Part shown: one piece after another, positions 10,423-23,579 of the stretch
Numbering within the stretch: the stretch's first letter is position 1
Layout: each line of letters begins with the position of its first letter
DNA from: Lama guanicoe
Taxonomy: Eukaryota
Assembly (NCBI GenBank): GCA_013239625.1
Contig: MU054117.1
Location: forward strand, 3,772,677 to 3,836,676
Reading direction: 5' to 3'
DNA length: 64,000 nt
Made by a program: the position numbers and the translations under genes
Notes under the pieces: model-generated
Databases searched by the model: none
What the model saw: only the letters and a program-made list of their open reading frames with translations
What the model was told of the DNA's origin: nothing

Positions 10423-13400
10423 AACTGGTGGGGGGATCAGATTACGGCAGTTCCTGTGGTTTCTCCTGGTCACCTCGGGTGGGTGGGGTTTGTGCCTGAA
10501 CCATCCATGATTCTCTTCAGCCCTCATCTTTGGGGAAAAGTCCTCAGGCGGAAACTCAGGCTTCAGACTGGAAATTAGCAACACATTTGGGCGTTTGGTC
10601 TTAGCACGGTGCACCCCTGCTTGGGGTCCAGTCCAGCATCCTGACCTTCTGTTTGCCCTCCTTAACTAGAGGAGGTTCAGGAGGGAAGCCCTGGGGCCCC
10701 TTGTCAGGAGAGATCCTTCCTCCAAGAGGCTTCTCCACCCCCGAGGATGTGCCTCAGGTGGTGCTGGTCCTCCTTTTACAATAGTCTCTTAGCACAAGGA
10801 CTTTGACAAGAGCTGGGAAGTAATTCTTCAAAAGATGCATCAAGAACTTGAGAGATAAGGGAGAGAGGTACTGTCTTCATGTTGACCAGGTAAGCAAGAA
10901 AGACAATTAAGGAAGGGCTTCTGCTCCCTCCCAGCCCTAACGCTGGCCCCACGGGGCAGAAGAATGAAGTTACCAACCACCACGGAGACGGAGCCCAGAC
11001 ACACAGCGCTCCCCGTCCCGGGTACCCAATGCTGCTCAAAGGAAGACAGAGCTCTCAGCGAAACCAGACATCCTGAGCGCCTCACTGGTGTTCTCGCTCA
11101 GACGCCATCATGTTACCAACACAGCTTACAAATGGCCAGGAGAGTTCACAGACTTCCAGCCTTTGCTTCTCCTGCCCCCCGAGTACCTTGAAGTCCCTGG
11201 ACTTCTCCTGTGTCCAAGACCAAGTCCCAGACTTTGGAGCCCACAAGGGGGTCTTAAGTTGTAACTCCATCCAAAAAAAAAAAAAGTCTGTGATTAAAAA
11301 CCACTCCTGCCAATTCTTTTTATTCCCAAATTCATATTTGCAGCCCATGATAAAGCCATCTCCAGCTTCTGTGTTTTTTCCCCCACAAGAATGACCTCTG
11401 TCAACAAAAGCATACTGGATTTACCAACATCCTCGTTCAGAAGAGGAATTCCCCAGTCCAACAGTCCTCTCAACTCCGCCAGACCGCAGAAGCACAAGCT
11501 CCTCTGATGCTACGTGCCTACCGTGGGGCCCAAACTCCACCTTCCACCTGGACAGTCTCTCCCGTTCCCCGAGCCAGAGCAGGAGAGTTCTTCCCATGTA
11601 TAAGGACTGAGACACGGCCTAGCGCAGGACATTCAAATTCCGGACTGAGGCCTCTGGAAGCTCCTTTGCAGACCATTCTCTGAATAGAACAATTCCATTG
11701 GCAGAAAATCAGAGAGAAGCAAGTGGGGAGCCAGCTGGAAGCATCAGAGAGACGACAAGAGCCCCAGCGTCAGAAAGGCTGCTAGCAGCACCCCTAGGCG
11801 GGGACCCTGCCATCCTTGGAATCTGGGGCTTGGAGGGGGTCCCCAAGGCAGTCTGCTTCCTTATTCCTCCTCCAACCTGCCTTAGAGGGACGGACGTCAT
11901 TGGTTCTCCTTGCTCTTCTGAGATGTTCTAAACCCTCTCTCAACGCATTTGTGGTCTTTTCCATTAGACCATTATTTCTCACGTCAAACTGTTTTTAGCG
12001 GTTATGGGACTTTGAAGCATGTGGCTGTCTTCATGCAGCCGATCAGAGACAACATCAGGAAATCTTCCAGGAAGATACATTTCCTCTTGGCCCGTTGGGC
12101 AGTGCTATTCTGGTCTGGCTAGTAATTGCAAAGCAGTGAACCCTGAAAGCAAATAACCAGAGTTCTCGTTCAATGGAGACGTTCTTCCTTTAAAACAGTA
12201 AGGTCAGCAGAACGCTAGAAAACAGGCTTTCCTCAACCATCTGCTCAATGTTTCCACCCAGATTTCTTTAGTTTGTATGTTTTCCTCCCAAATAATCCCT
12301 TGGTCCTTGTAACGTCTAGTTCAGCTCTAGTCACAGGCTGCCTCCTAATGTCACCGCCTCTCTGTACCAGTCACATTTTTCCTGTGAGTCCCTGAAGGCC
12401 ACACTCATGTGTTGCTTTTCCTTAGAGCACCTACAAGCACTTAGAACAGCTACTTCCCTCTCGCAAGTGCTGAACCCAAACGCTTATGAAACCGAGTTGT
12501 ACAATTATTATTAGGTTTTGGCTGAAAACAGAACAGCACGTATCTTCCATGGGAAGGGCCCACCCAGCCCTCTCTGGCCCTTTTCCACCTCCAGCATCAT
12601 GGGAATTGGTACCTATGTGATGATTCTCCTTGGAGATCCTTTACAGTCAGGAAAGATCCAGTGGGGTCCACTGTCCCAAAGGCCAGGAAGTGGGGTAGGA
12701 GTGCCGGGAGGAGCTTCAGAGATCGCGAGACCCAACTCCTCCACTTGACAGATTTGAGAACTGAAGCTCTGGAAGGGGAACCAGTTGGCTGGATCACCCA
12801 GCGGGTTAGTGGGAGGATCAGTGAGTCAGAGCCTCTCCTCCCGACTCTCAGCTGAAGGCGCTTCCTGCTCCACAGTAGCTCATAATCAGAGTAAAACTTT
12901 CCGCATGGGTTACAAGGAAAATAATTTTCTGGCCATTGAGAAAGTTAAACTCTTCAGAATGTCTTATTCCCTCAATTATTCAAATTATCCAAAATTACAC
13001 TGTTTTGACGTTTTAAAAATAACTTAGATGTTAGCAGTAAAGCTAAAAACATAAGGACACGTGTTTAGATGTGTGCCGGGGCCAGTCACGCTCCGCAAGC
13101 ACAACGACCAGCAACAAAAGCCAGCTCCAAGCCTGGTGGGGCTGACCCTGTGCCCATTACAGTAGGATTATAAAGCGCTTAACTTCTGCTGCCACTACTG
13201 GGACCAGATTTGATTTCTCACCACTGAATCCCATTTAGGAATAGCTGAGGGCCAGTGGGATTTGTCATTTGTCACCTGTTTCAAGGGCTTCGACTTTGCT
13301 CTGGGCGTGATTTGGTATGTTTGAAAGAGGAATAAGCCTTTTGTCTAATCTGGGGAACAAAGTACAGAACCCAGCAGCCGGCAGCTCTGGGTTTATTTTT

Positions 13401-15084
13401 CTTAGGCAAATCCATGAATGTATCATCACTTCAGGGAGACACTAAGAAGGGGGTTCAAGAAGCCGTTCCCAGCTGTTGGCTACTCATTTAAAAAAAAAAA
13501 GAGGCAGGAAAAATGACTGCCAGGTTGCAGAAGTGCAGGTGACTCGCCGGTCTCGTCCCAGCAGAGGCATCGGGCATCCCCCACCACGAGCCGGGGCTGG
13601 GAGAGCCCTCCTCCGCGGGTCTCAGCTCCCGGAACCCCACCCCCCACCCCCGGCTCTGGGCCACACACCTCCAGGGACTCGCCCTCAGGGCTCAATGCAG
13701 CACAAGGAAGGCGAGCAGAGGCGGTCAGTCTGACGTCTGACTGTCCTTCTGAGAGGGTCTGCGGAGCTTAAGAACTGGATGGACAAGCACGTGAACGTCA
13801 GCTCCATTCAGAAGCCGCGTGAATTTACCCTGAGACGAAGGACGGTGGCCTTCCCTGGAACTTTAAAGGACAGACGGACTGAGCCGTATCTGAAGTTGAG
13901 TTCCAGCCGAGATGACGTTTCCTCATTTCTACGATTATTGGTTTTTATAAACATAGTTCCCCTTCAGAATTTACAGACGGCCTCCAGGCTGGTGGCATGG
14001 GGTGCCGAAGCCCTGCCTGTTTTACCCACTGCTTCAAATACGAGTGACTTCAAATATCTCTTCTGCGAATGAGAAATGGGGTTGTGAGCTTTGAGTGCTC
14101 CTCTGGCCTTGAGTTTACACTTGTTTTGGGGGAATTCTGTTTCTCCTTCAGTAGGACTTGCTCCCTTTTGTGACTGTAACGGCTGAACACTGGACACAAC
14201 ATGAACAAACCGGAAGAACTGAGCCCAGTTTTCTCCATCTCCCTCCCCTCCCACGCCTTTCCCTCCTCTCCCCTTCCCCCTTCTTTCTCCTCTTTGTATT
14301 ACCTTTTTCTGTTTCTTTTTATAAATTTTTTTACCAATTGTTTTGAAATGTACTTTCTTTAAGGAGGGGAGGTATATGGGACACCTGATTTAGCAGAAGG
14401 ATATAGCCCAAATTCTCACAGACAAAAGTGACACTAAATACTGATTATCCATTATTAAGGTCAATTTGGGATTTTAATTGTTACTAATTTGGCTGCACTT
14501 ACCTTGCCCCTTAGGTAGTCTTCAGGAAGCGTTTGCTAACGTGGAGAGATTAAAAAATTATACAAAGATGTACCTCTAACTTGTAGCAGAAGTAGGGCAG
14601 AACCTGGGTATCGCCACTCAAATTGCGTTCACTTTACCTTATACTCCAGTGTGAATAGAACCATTTTTCCTACATATTAAAGTAGGTTTGGTTGACAATT
14701 AAGAGTCAGATTTGTCCCAATGTCTCCTTGAGGGCAATATGCCTTTGGCTTCTTTCTCCCCAGCCCACCTTCCAATTCTAAGGTGCTCCCCGGAGCAGAG
14801 CAGACAGGAACATCTCAAAGATACCAGCCACTGGGTAGATATTTACTATGTCCATAGATGTTTTTAAAAAATCTGCAAGCTTATGGGGTGCTCTAGTGGG
14901 ATGTGGTAGGGTAGCGTGTTAGAAAGAACACTGGGTGCAAAATCACACAGACAGGGGTTCGATCACCAAGACCAGTATCTACAATATTTCTACCAAACCA
15001 GAATGTTTCCTTGTGTAAAATAAAAACAATGGACAAAGGTTCAGATTTTGACTCCCCCACTTATTAATTCTGTGGCTATAAAAA

Positions 15085-17220
15085 TCTCTGTGTAAACGCT
15101 CTTAACAAAATGTTAGAAACTCTATCTATAGATGATACTAATGGCCATGTAGGACTTATTGAGGAAAGCACAGTTTGTTTAACATTAAAAACTCAATTAA
15201 TACAATTAACTACGTTAATCTATAATCATCTCCATAGATGCAGAAAAAGAATTTCACAAGATTTAACACTTGTCCATGAAAAACAGAAACTTGACTTTCA
15301 ACAATTTAGAGAGAGGAGACTTCCACAATCTCGTAAGTACTTTCTACAAAAAAACCTATAGGGGGCAGCATTCTTTATAGCGAAATACTGAATTCTTTCC
15401 CCCAAGAGAAGGACTAAACCCAGGATGTTTGTTTTCCCCACTTTATTCAACATTGTGCTAGACGTCGTAGCATATTTGATAAGCCAAAATAAAGAAATAA
15501 GAAGCGTAAAAACTGGAAATAAAATAAGTCAGACTCTCTTAACTTACACATGGCATAATTATATTTAGAGACAATCTTGAGGAATCAACAACAACAAAAA
15601 AACTAGTAGAAATAATAAGTAACTTTAGTAAAGACGGAGGAAATGAGGTCAATGTATCAAAGCAATTATATTTCTATATACCAGCCAAACATTCTTAAAA
15701 ATTTAAATATTATTTACAAAAGCATCAAAACATAAAATACTCAGAAATAAATTTAATGACAAATGTGCAAAACTTCGGCACTGAAAACTAGAAAACATGG
15801 CTGAAAGAAAATTAAAAATATCTGAATAAATGGAGAGCTACACCACACTCATGGCTCGGAAGACTCAGTATAATTAAAATGGCAATTCTTTTCAAATTGC
15901 TTAAAAGAATCGATGAAATCTTAGCAAAGCTCCCAGCAGACTTGTTCTGTAGTGCTTGACAAACGTATTGTAAAATTTATACGGAAATGCATTGAAACTA
16001 AATTCTCTGATATAATCTTGAAAAAGAAAATTGGTGTTGGAGGAATTCTATGACCTGGATTCAGGATTTGTTATAAAACTGCGGTCATCAAGACAGGGCA
16101 CCACTGCCCCAGGAAATGGCCAACAGGTCAAAGGACCGTAACAGACAGTCCACAGATAAACCCCCCCACACACGGCAAGTTAAGGTTTTGACACAGTCAT
16201 TAAGGCAATTCAATGAAAAAAGGAAAGACTTTAAACAAATGATGCTGGAACAACTACAGCCTAGACGGGGAAGGAGGTGCGAACATCACCCCACACCATG
16301 TTCAGGAATTAGCTCAGCACAGATCATAAAACAAACTGCAGAAGGTAAAACTGTGTCACTTTCAGAGGAAAACACAGGGGGATACGTTGATAGCTGTGGG
16401 ACAGGCAGAAAGTTCTCAGATAGGACATTGAAAACACTGGCGATAAAAGAAAGAACATGATAAGCTGGACTTTGTAACATTAAAAGTTTCTTCTCATTCA
16501 AAGCTACCTTGAAGAAAATGGAAAAGCAATCCACAGACTGAAAAATACACTCCTAATACAGTTCCCTGACAGATAACTTTTATACAGAACACAGAAGTCC
16601 TACAAATCAATCGTAAAGAGTTCAAAACTTTTTTAAAGGGCAGAAAGACTTGACTGTACACTTCACAGAGATGTATAAAAAACTGATAAGGACACGCAAA
16701 GGGACGCAGCATCACCAGTATTCAGGGAAATTAAACTCAAACCACAGTGAGATACCACGTCACACGTACTAGAATGACTCAGTTTAAGGAGCCCGGCAGG
16801 CAATACTGAGTGTTGACAAAGATGTAGAGGAGCCGGCGATCCTGAGTTCCTGCTGGGCATGTAAGACGGTACGGCCGCTCTGGGAAATTGTTTCCATGCT
16901 CTTAGGAAACTAACCCTGCACCTTCCCTTTGACCTGGCAATTCCACTCCAAGAGAAATGAGCATATGTGTACAAAAAGACTTGAATAAGGATGTTTATAG
17001 CAGATTGAGCAATAATAGCCCCAAACTGCAAACAATCTGAATGTCCATTAAAAAGAATGGATAAACAAACTAGGATAAACTCATACAGTGAGGAACAGGG
17101 GTGAACTAGTGACACACACAACCCTATGAGTGAATCTCAAAACTATTACGCTGCCGGAAAGGGTCCAAACGCAAAAGAGTGTGATCTTACGATCGCATTT
17201 ACAGAAAGTTCAAGAGTAGA
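15085..17220 (+). mobile_element. Old L1 (L1M/L1ME-type) ORF2-to-3'UTR fossil, 5' part
   Basis: A-rich 2.1 kb with decayed ORF2 landmarks in order ('atcatctccatagatgcagaaaaag', 'ttattcaacattgtgctaga', 'atggcaattctt', 'aaactcaaaccacagtgagataccac', 'gcaattccactcc'). Confidence 0.92.
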
Positions 17221-17615
17221 TGTCATGGCCTGAATGGTGTCCTCCTCAGATTCACGTGTTGAAGTCCTAACCCTCAGGACTTCAGAAGGTGACTGTATTT
17301 GGAGACAGGGCCTTTAAAAAGGTAGTTAGGTTAAAACGGGGTCATCAGGGTGGGCGTTAATGCAATGTGACTGGGGTCCTTGTAAGAAGAGATGAGGACG
17401 GACACACACAGAGGGAAGAGGCTGAGGACACAGGGAGAAGACGGCCCTCCAGGAGCCAAGGAGAGAGGACGCAGGAGAAACCGACCCGGCCAGCACCTTG
17501 ATCTTGGACTTTTCTTCTCTTCTTTAGCCTCCAGAATTGTGAGAAAGTAAACTTAGCTTGTCTAAGCTGTACAGTCGGCCGTACTTTGTCATGGAAGCCC
17601 TGGCAAGTGAACACG
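17221..17615 (+). mobile_element. MaLR solo LTR (MLT1A/B-like) nested in L1
   Basis: Starts 'tgtcatggcctgaatggtgtcc...gttgaagtcctaaccc...gtgactgtatttggagacagggcctttaaa'; contains 'accttgatcttggactt...gcctccagaattgtgaga'. Confidence 0.92.
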
Positions 17616-17840
17616 ATGAGCAAACCTGATAAATGATGATAGAAATCCAAGGAGTGGCTGACTCTGGGGGAAGGACACTGATGTGAAAGGGGCATCAGGA
17701 AGCTCTCTGGGATGATGGCAATGTTCTGTCTCTTGGCTGGGGGGGTGGTTATTTGGGCGTATAATTGACAAAACTCATTAAACTGTAGTCTTAATATCGG
17801 TGCATCTCGCGGTTTGTAAATTCTACGTCGATTCTAAACA
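17616..17840 (+). mobile_element. Continuation of the old L1 3' UTR after the LTR
   Basis: 'ctgggatgatggcaatgttctgtctcttg...ggtggttat...aaaactcattaaactgta' is an L1M 3' terminus, colinear with the segment before 17221. Confidence 0.85.
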
Positions 17841-19976
17841 AGAAAACATCTAAATTCATTCCAGATCCAGCATCTCAGCCGACCGGGAGGATGGCAGCAA
17901 CACAGCTCTTAGGGGCTTGTTGCTCAAAAGAAGTGAGCGAACACCCGGGAAACACCGGCACGAGGCTCAGCACACGGTGAGCTCTCAGGGTTAGTTCAGT
18001 GGAAACCTGCCTTCGCCCCTGGCTTCTTGTTCCTTTGAAACATTTGCTTTCTGAAATTTTAATTGAAATAAAAAAATCCGTGAGGCAAACCACACGGCTT
18101 TGCTCTTCCGCCTGCTAGCTCTGCCCCCAGGTGATGGCTTCCTTCTTCCCAGGGGCTCCAGAGAAGTGCCGGCAGCCACCTGTTCTGGGCTTACCCTTCA
18201 CCTGGCAAGCGGCTCTGATCCCACTCAGCAAGGAATTTCACACATTCTCCTCGCGGCCACTGATCCCTTCCCGGCTCCAGTGTCACCCGGGAAGCTGCCC
18301 GGGAAGAGTCTGTTTTCAGGCCCCCAGGCCGCCGCCGCCCGCCGCTCTTGCCCGCGCTGGCTTTTCTGCTGGGAAAGAGAGCGGGCCCCTCCCCCTGGAT
18401 TCGTGGAGCTGATTCTGAGGACCTGAAGGAAAGAGCTGCTGGACAGCTGGTCCCATCTGAGAGCCAGGCGACGGGAGGGACCTTTGTCCTTTGTCCTCTG
18501 CCTCAGGCTGCTCTGGTTTCACTTAAGGTTCTAAGTAACACCATGTTAATGCTCAGCTTCAGTTTCCTCGCTGTGCACGAAAGCCGGGTGCCCGGAGTCT
18601 CTGTGCTCATCAGCAAGGCGGTCCCGCAGGAGTCCAGAGCCTTGTTTGCAGGGACCTTCTCTTCACCCGGGTCGCTTCCAAATCCCTGGGAAACTTAGCT
18701 GTGTTCATGTGGGTGAGAGGGCGGGAAATTAGTACACAGGTGACCAGAGGTAAAACAGCGTCCAGGAACGGCAGGGCCAAAGTGAAGAGCGCCGCTAGGC
18801 CTGTTCTAGCACACTGATGCTCCACACCCTCCTGCTTGCCGCCGTCAGAGCTCCGACCCGGCCTGGCCTTCCTTGTGCCCCAGCGGAGGGTCTCCCCACC
18901 TAGACAACTTCACTGTCTCTGTTATCCAGTACCCACCCTCCTGCTTTCATAAGATTTGCCTCTTTACTGTCCCCGTGCAGCTATATTCATTTCCAAAAGA
19001 GATGATCTTAGCAATGACGATACTCTCCAAGACACAGGAGTACCTCTGGGAGAGGAGGCAGGTTATGCCGAGGAAGAGACAGGATCAGAAACAGACAAAC
19101 CTGGGAAGTGTAGCCGCAGAGAGTAAGTGTGTTTGTTGAGCCCTGGAGAAGATGAGAAACCTGGAAGCTTCCAGGTCGGGCAGGTGGGGAAAATCCTCAG
19201 GAATCTTTGAGTCTGTCAAGAAAGCATCAGGGAGTCCCTCTGCATCACACAACTCCAGGAGCACTCTGCACTTAGAATAAAATGAAGTTGTGCAGCGTGG
19301 TGGCCTTGGGATTTCAAAAGCAACTTGAACGATGGAGGAGGAGGAGGAAAAGAAAGAGAGAGAGATTGTCTGGGGTGTATCTGTGCAGGTAACTCACAAG
19401 TGGATGAGGGAAAGTTGACTGTTGGTGGAAAAATACTTTCCCTCTGCTCACTTTGGTCAGAACCTCTCCAGGGTTCCAGGTCCAGAGTTCTGTTAATCTA
19501 GGACCGAAGGGGAGATGGTAAAGAAACTTGATTGCTTTGCTCAGAGAAGTGGAGGCCAAAGGATGACTCAACAGAGCAGTCAAACCCAGGAAAGGTCATT
19601 TTACAGATTGTGGTGACCAGCTGTCCTCTAACTCCCATGACTGCAAAACAAGTTTTTAACTTGTGGCAATTCATGACTCATTTTAGAAAGCTATTCTGCA
19701 TGGTTGACCCCATGCTGATTTATTTATACCCTAGTTGGCTCCTTAAAAGGATTTGAGGAGGCAGCATTTGAACTTTTTAAACAATCAAGCAGCATAAGGG
19801 CACTAAATCAAGACCACTAAATTGCTGACTGTAGACTTGATGAAGGAGAAGGAGGTAAGTCTGATTTATTCATTTCACAGATGCAAAATCTGAGAACTTA
19901 AGAAGTAAGGTGACTACGGCTAAATCACATAACCAAATGGTTTTGTTTTATTCCCAGAAAGCAAGCCCAATAAAGC

Positions 19977-20390
19977 CAGGATCTTTATATGGTATCCATG
20001 AGCCCCTAAGAGGTCCCTGAGTCCCTTGAATTTGTGTGCAAAATGCTGCGTGTATCTGCAAGTCTGCTACTCAGTGTATCTGTGTTGGGTATTGAAATAT
20101 CCAAATGCCTCCATGCTGGTTCCAAATGCAGCTACTGCCCTGCAACCCAGCTGGTCTGGCCTCCCTCTAGGAACCCTCCAGATGTCCCCATAACCCAGTA
20201 AGTAAAGAGCCCGTGTCTGGTGCCCTTCCCTCCGCAGCGTCAGGACTGTGCTGATGTCGAATAATTTAAAAATCTCCCGTGTGTGTGTGTGTGTGCGCGC
20301 ATGTATGTACTTTTCTGGAGAGAGGCCATATATAGGCTTCCATTAGGTTATTTAAGAGGACTTTGAACCCAAAAATATTGGGAATTGTGG
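19977..20390. mobile_element. hAT-Charlie MITE (MER117-like) split by a ~200-bp insertion
   Basis: Left half 'ccatgagcccctaagaggtccctgagtcccttgaatttgtgtgcaaaat'; right half 'ttttctggagagaggcc...ggactttgaacccaaaaatattgggaatt'. Confidence 0.6.
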
Positions 20391-21829
20391 TGCCAGGACT
20401 ATAATTTCATATGACATTTGGTTTTATGCCCAATGACTAAGAGTGGACCCAGGTCTCCAAATTCACATGTAGAGTGAGTGCCTTGCTAAAATCTTCAGAG
20501 TGGGTTGGGCAAGCCAGGAGTTTAAAAGTCACTGGAAGCGCAAGTCACTCTTCCTGTGGTCTTCTCCCCCCGGGACCGACGCGGGGAGCACGAGGAGTCC
20601 CAGATCACTCGTGAAACATATTTGATCGTATTTTTTTCTAATACTCATTTATTTACAACTAAACTGAGCCCTTTTAAGCTACAGCAGAACCATGTGCCTG
20701 TCTGGATTAACAGGAAGTGGACATGGACATAGCAGCCTGGTGAATGTTCTGCATCAGAAGTCTGTCTCCTTTTTGGAAAAACATCAGGGCAAGCAGGAGC
20801 CCAATTCAATGCAACTAAATGCATATTTAGCACCTTTGAGGAGTGTCAGAATGGAAAGGCTCAAAGAGCCAATGGTCATAAACAGGTGTTGCACTCCTAC
20901 TATGAGTCAGGTCTTTGGCTAGGCGCTACAAAAGAGTTCTGGGACCAGACGTGAGAAGAATCCAGATGCATCAAGGTTGAATTCCTCATTTAAGGACAGG
21001 GAGACTGAGACTCACAGGGGCGGCGACTCAGCAGCTGCATCGGACATGCAGCCGACAGGGCTAAGGGCTTTGGACTTAAGTCTAGTGCCCCCTGTCTGTA
21101 ATTTGGGGGGCACTAAACTTAAAGAGACTTAGAGGTGATCTGGTTCCAACCCCTCTTTCTACAGATGAGAAAGCAGATTCACCGAGGTGAGTATAGCATG
21201 TTGGCTGAAAAAACTAAGACAGGATCTCAGCTTAGTTCTCCTGATTCTCTGACCAGTGCCTTTTGACATATTCTCGTGGGATATTTTCCTGCTTTGGGGG
21301 TAACAGAGCTAGAGATGGGAGAATCATGGGTACCCAGTACAAGGAAGGAGAAGTAAGGACGGAGAACAACACGTTTCCTTCATCAGTCTCACAATTTTGT
21401 CCAAGGTGGGTCCTATGTGAGTCCTGACCCCACCGTTAACAGTCTTGGGCAGATGAGTGAGCTTCCCTGAATTGCGGTGTTCTTCACAAGACTAGGAGAG
21501 TACTTACCTCTCCAGTTGTCATAAATATTAAATGTAACTCTTTGTCAAGCATCCCACATTATGCTTGGGGTGTAACATGAGTTTGGACAACCTCCGTCCC
21601 CATGATGGAGCGTATTTCCTTCCCTCTTGACTTGCCAGACTTAAGTCTATTTCTTCAGCAAAAAGAAGTTGAGGTGTATGCTTTAGCAAGGACAGCTCCA
21701 GGAAACTGGAATTGTTGGCTTCCAACTCAGCGAAGACTTGCAAAAAATATCATCATGGTAGTTACATTTCCCAAAATAAGATCCTAGGCAAAGAAGCATT
21801 TTGAAGTTACTTTATCAGTCCCCCAAAAT

Positions 21830-22070
21830 GTGCTTCCTTTTGCTTTACACATTTTATGTCTAGGAATATATCCTGAGGAAATCACCACTGTGGCTTATGC
21901 AAGAAAACCAAATCTGGCAATTGGACTGGAACCAATTCCACAAAGGATGGCTAAAATTAAATATGGTAATCCATACAGAGCAATACTATGCAGCCTCTTG
22001 AAATAGGGTTATTGAGAAATATTTATAGTGAAATTGCAGAGTTTTAAAAAACGTCTGCTATAAAGCAGTG
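21830..22070 (+). mobile_element. Degenerate ancient L1 fragment
   Basis: 'ctaggaatatatcctgaggaaat...atggtaatccatacagagcaatactatgcagcc'. Confidence 0.55.
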
Positions 22071-22201
22071 TGCGTTGTGTGATGTTATTCTGCAAACATC
22101 TACAACACAGACTAGAAGAGAATGGCGTCACAAGGGTACAAGCCATGCTGTTCACAGCGAACTGTCCTGGGGTCACTGGTTTGTAGGTGATCTGCTGTGT
22201 G

Positions 22202-22675
22202 CTGTCAGGTGGTGCTGTGCTGAGCTCGGGATAGACGTGCCATGTCATCTCCCTCCTGCACGCACAGGAAAACAGTATTTCCCAGCCTCCTTGTTTGTGG
22301 GTTAGCCGTGGAATTAACTCTGGCCGATGGAATGTAGGAAAAATGATGTACTTACAGGTCTGGCTTCAGAAAATCCTGAGAAAGCCTCTCTCTCTCACCC
22401 TCTCTTTCTCTCTCTCTCTTTGCTTGTTGACTGGCCAAGTGACACAGAGGCTGTACTGAGGACTCTGGGGCCCTGGGGACAGCATCACAGCAAGGTGGAA
22501 GAATCCTGGGTCCCTGAGTCCTGCTTGAAGGGGCGTCACCAAAGCAAGCCATCCACCTGGGAACATCTTTGTTCAACTTTGTGTGAACGAAATATTTATT
22601 TTGAGTCTGTTAATGCATTCTGGTTTTGAGGATGTTTGTTACAGGGGCGAATGGTAATTACCCTGACTTAACACA
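22202..22675 (+). mobile_element. MaLR solo LTR (MLT1I/J-like)
   Basis: 'tatttcccagcctcctt...tctggccgatggaatgt...ggaagaatcctgggtccctgag...tgtttgttacag...ccctgacttaacaca'. Confidence 0.8.
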
Positions 22676-23532
22676 TGGTTTGTCAGTTTATTACGTTAAA
22701 TACATACTTCTTTTGAAATTAGAAAAACAAGTTATTAAAAACTTAATAACCACCCATCCCACTTTCTGCACGATGCCCACTGCTTTAAGGCATTCGGGAA
22801 GAGCTGCATCTTTAGACCACTGTGTGAAGGGGCGGCTCCCTCCCCACCCTCTGACGCCCCACTCAAAGACAGCACCCTAGACGTATTTTGGCAAAGCGGC
22901 CATCCCTGTGCATCTGTACGGTCACACCTTATTTTAAGACTTCAGCTGCTTTTACCAGAAACTTGGGGAGCAGAGCTGCAAAGCCACTGACAGCTGATTC
23001 AAGGAAATCAGAGGCAGGAGTGAGCAGTCCTGCTGTTTGGCCTGGGGCCCAGCATACGGTTTTGAAAAGAGGTATTTGCTGTGGATGGTTCTCAATCTGC
23101 ACTTGCACTGAAGCCCCGTGAGTTGTCTGACTGTGGGACAACCGGGCTGGTAAGAGGCGACACCGGAGGGGCGGGCGGACCTCCGCCTGAGCTGGCCCCG
23201 CCCGTGCCCCACCCGCCCGCTCCGGCTGAGTCAGTCTCCTGGCCTCCCCGCTGCCACGTGTGATGCACGCATCTGAGCTCGTGACATGTGTCCGTTGGTA
23301 TCAAAGTCTTGTTTCAGAATCAGCGCAATATGCTGGCTGCCCTGTTTATATCCTGGAGTCAGTATAGATTCCACTTCTGAGATGTAAGTGGTCACTTGAG
23401 GACCCCAGTCTCCCCGACCCCTGGCCCCTTTGCTTCACCCTTCTTCCTTCAAGGGTCACAGGGCCTGTGCCAAACCTGATGGATCCTGCCTTTTTCTCTC
23501 TCTGCCATTGATCTCTCTTTCTCTCTCTTCTT

Positions 23533-23535
<3 letters not shown>

Positions 23536-23575
<40 letters not shown>
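23536..23575. repeat. (AC)20 microsatellite
   Basis: Perfect dinucleotide run. Confidence 0.98.

Positions 23576-23579
<4 letters not shown>

Noticed and set aside
11340..11700. Possible retroviral env remnant
   Set aside because: Only vague peptide resemblance; no CXXC, furin or immunosuppressive motif found.
11860..12142. Minus-strand acceptor (ttatttgctttcag) and downstream frame
   Set aside because: All three frames close within ~30 codons.
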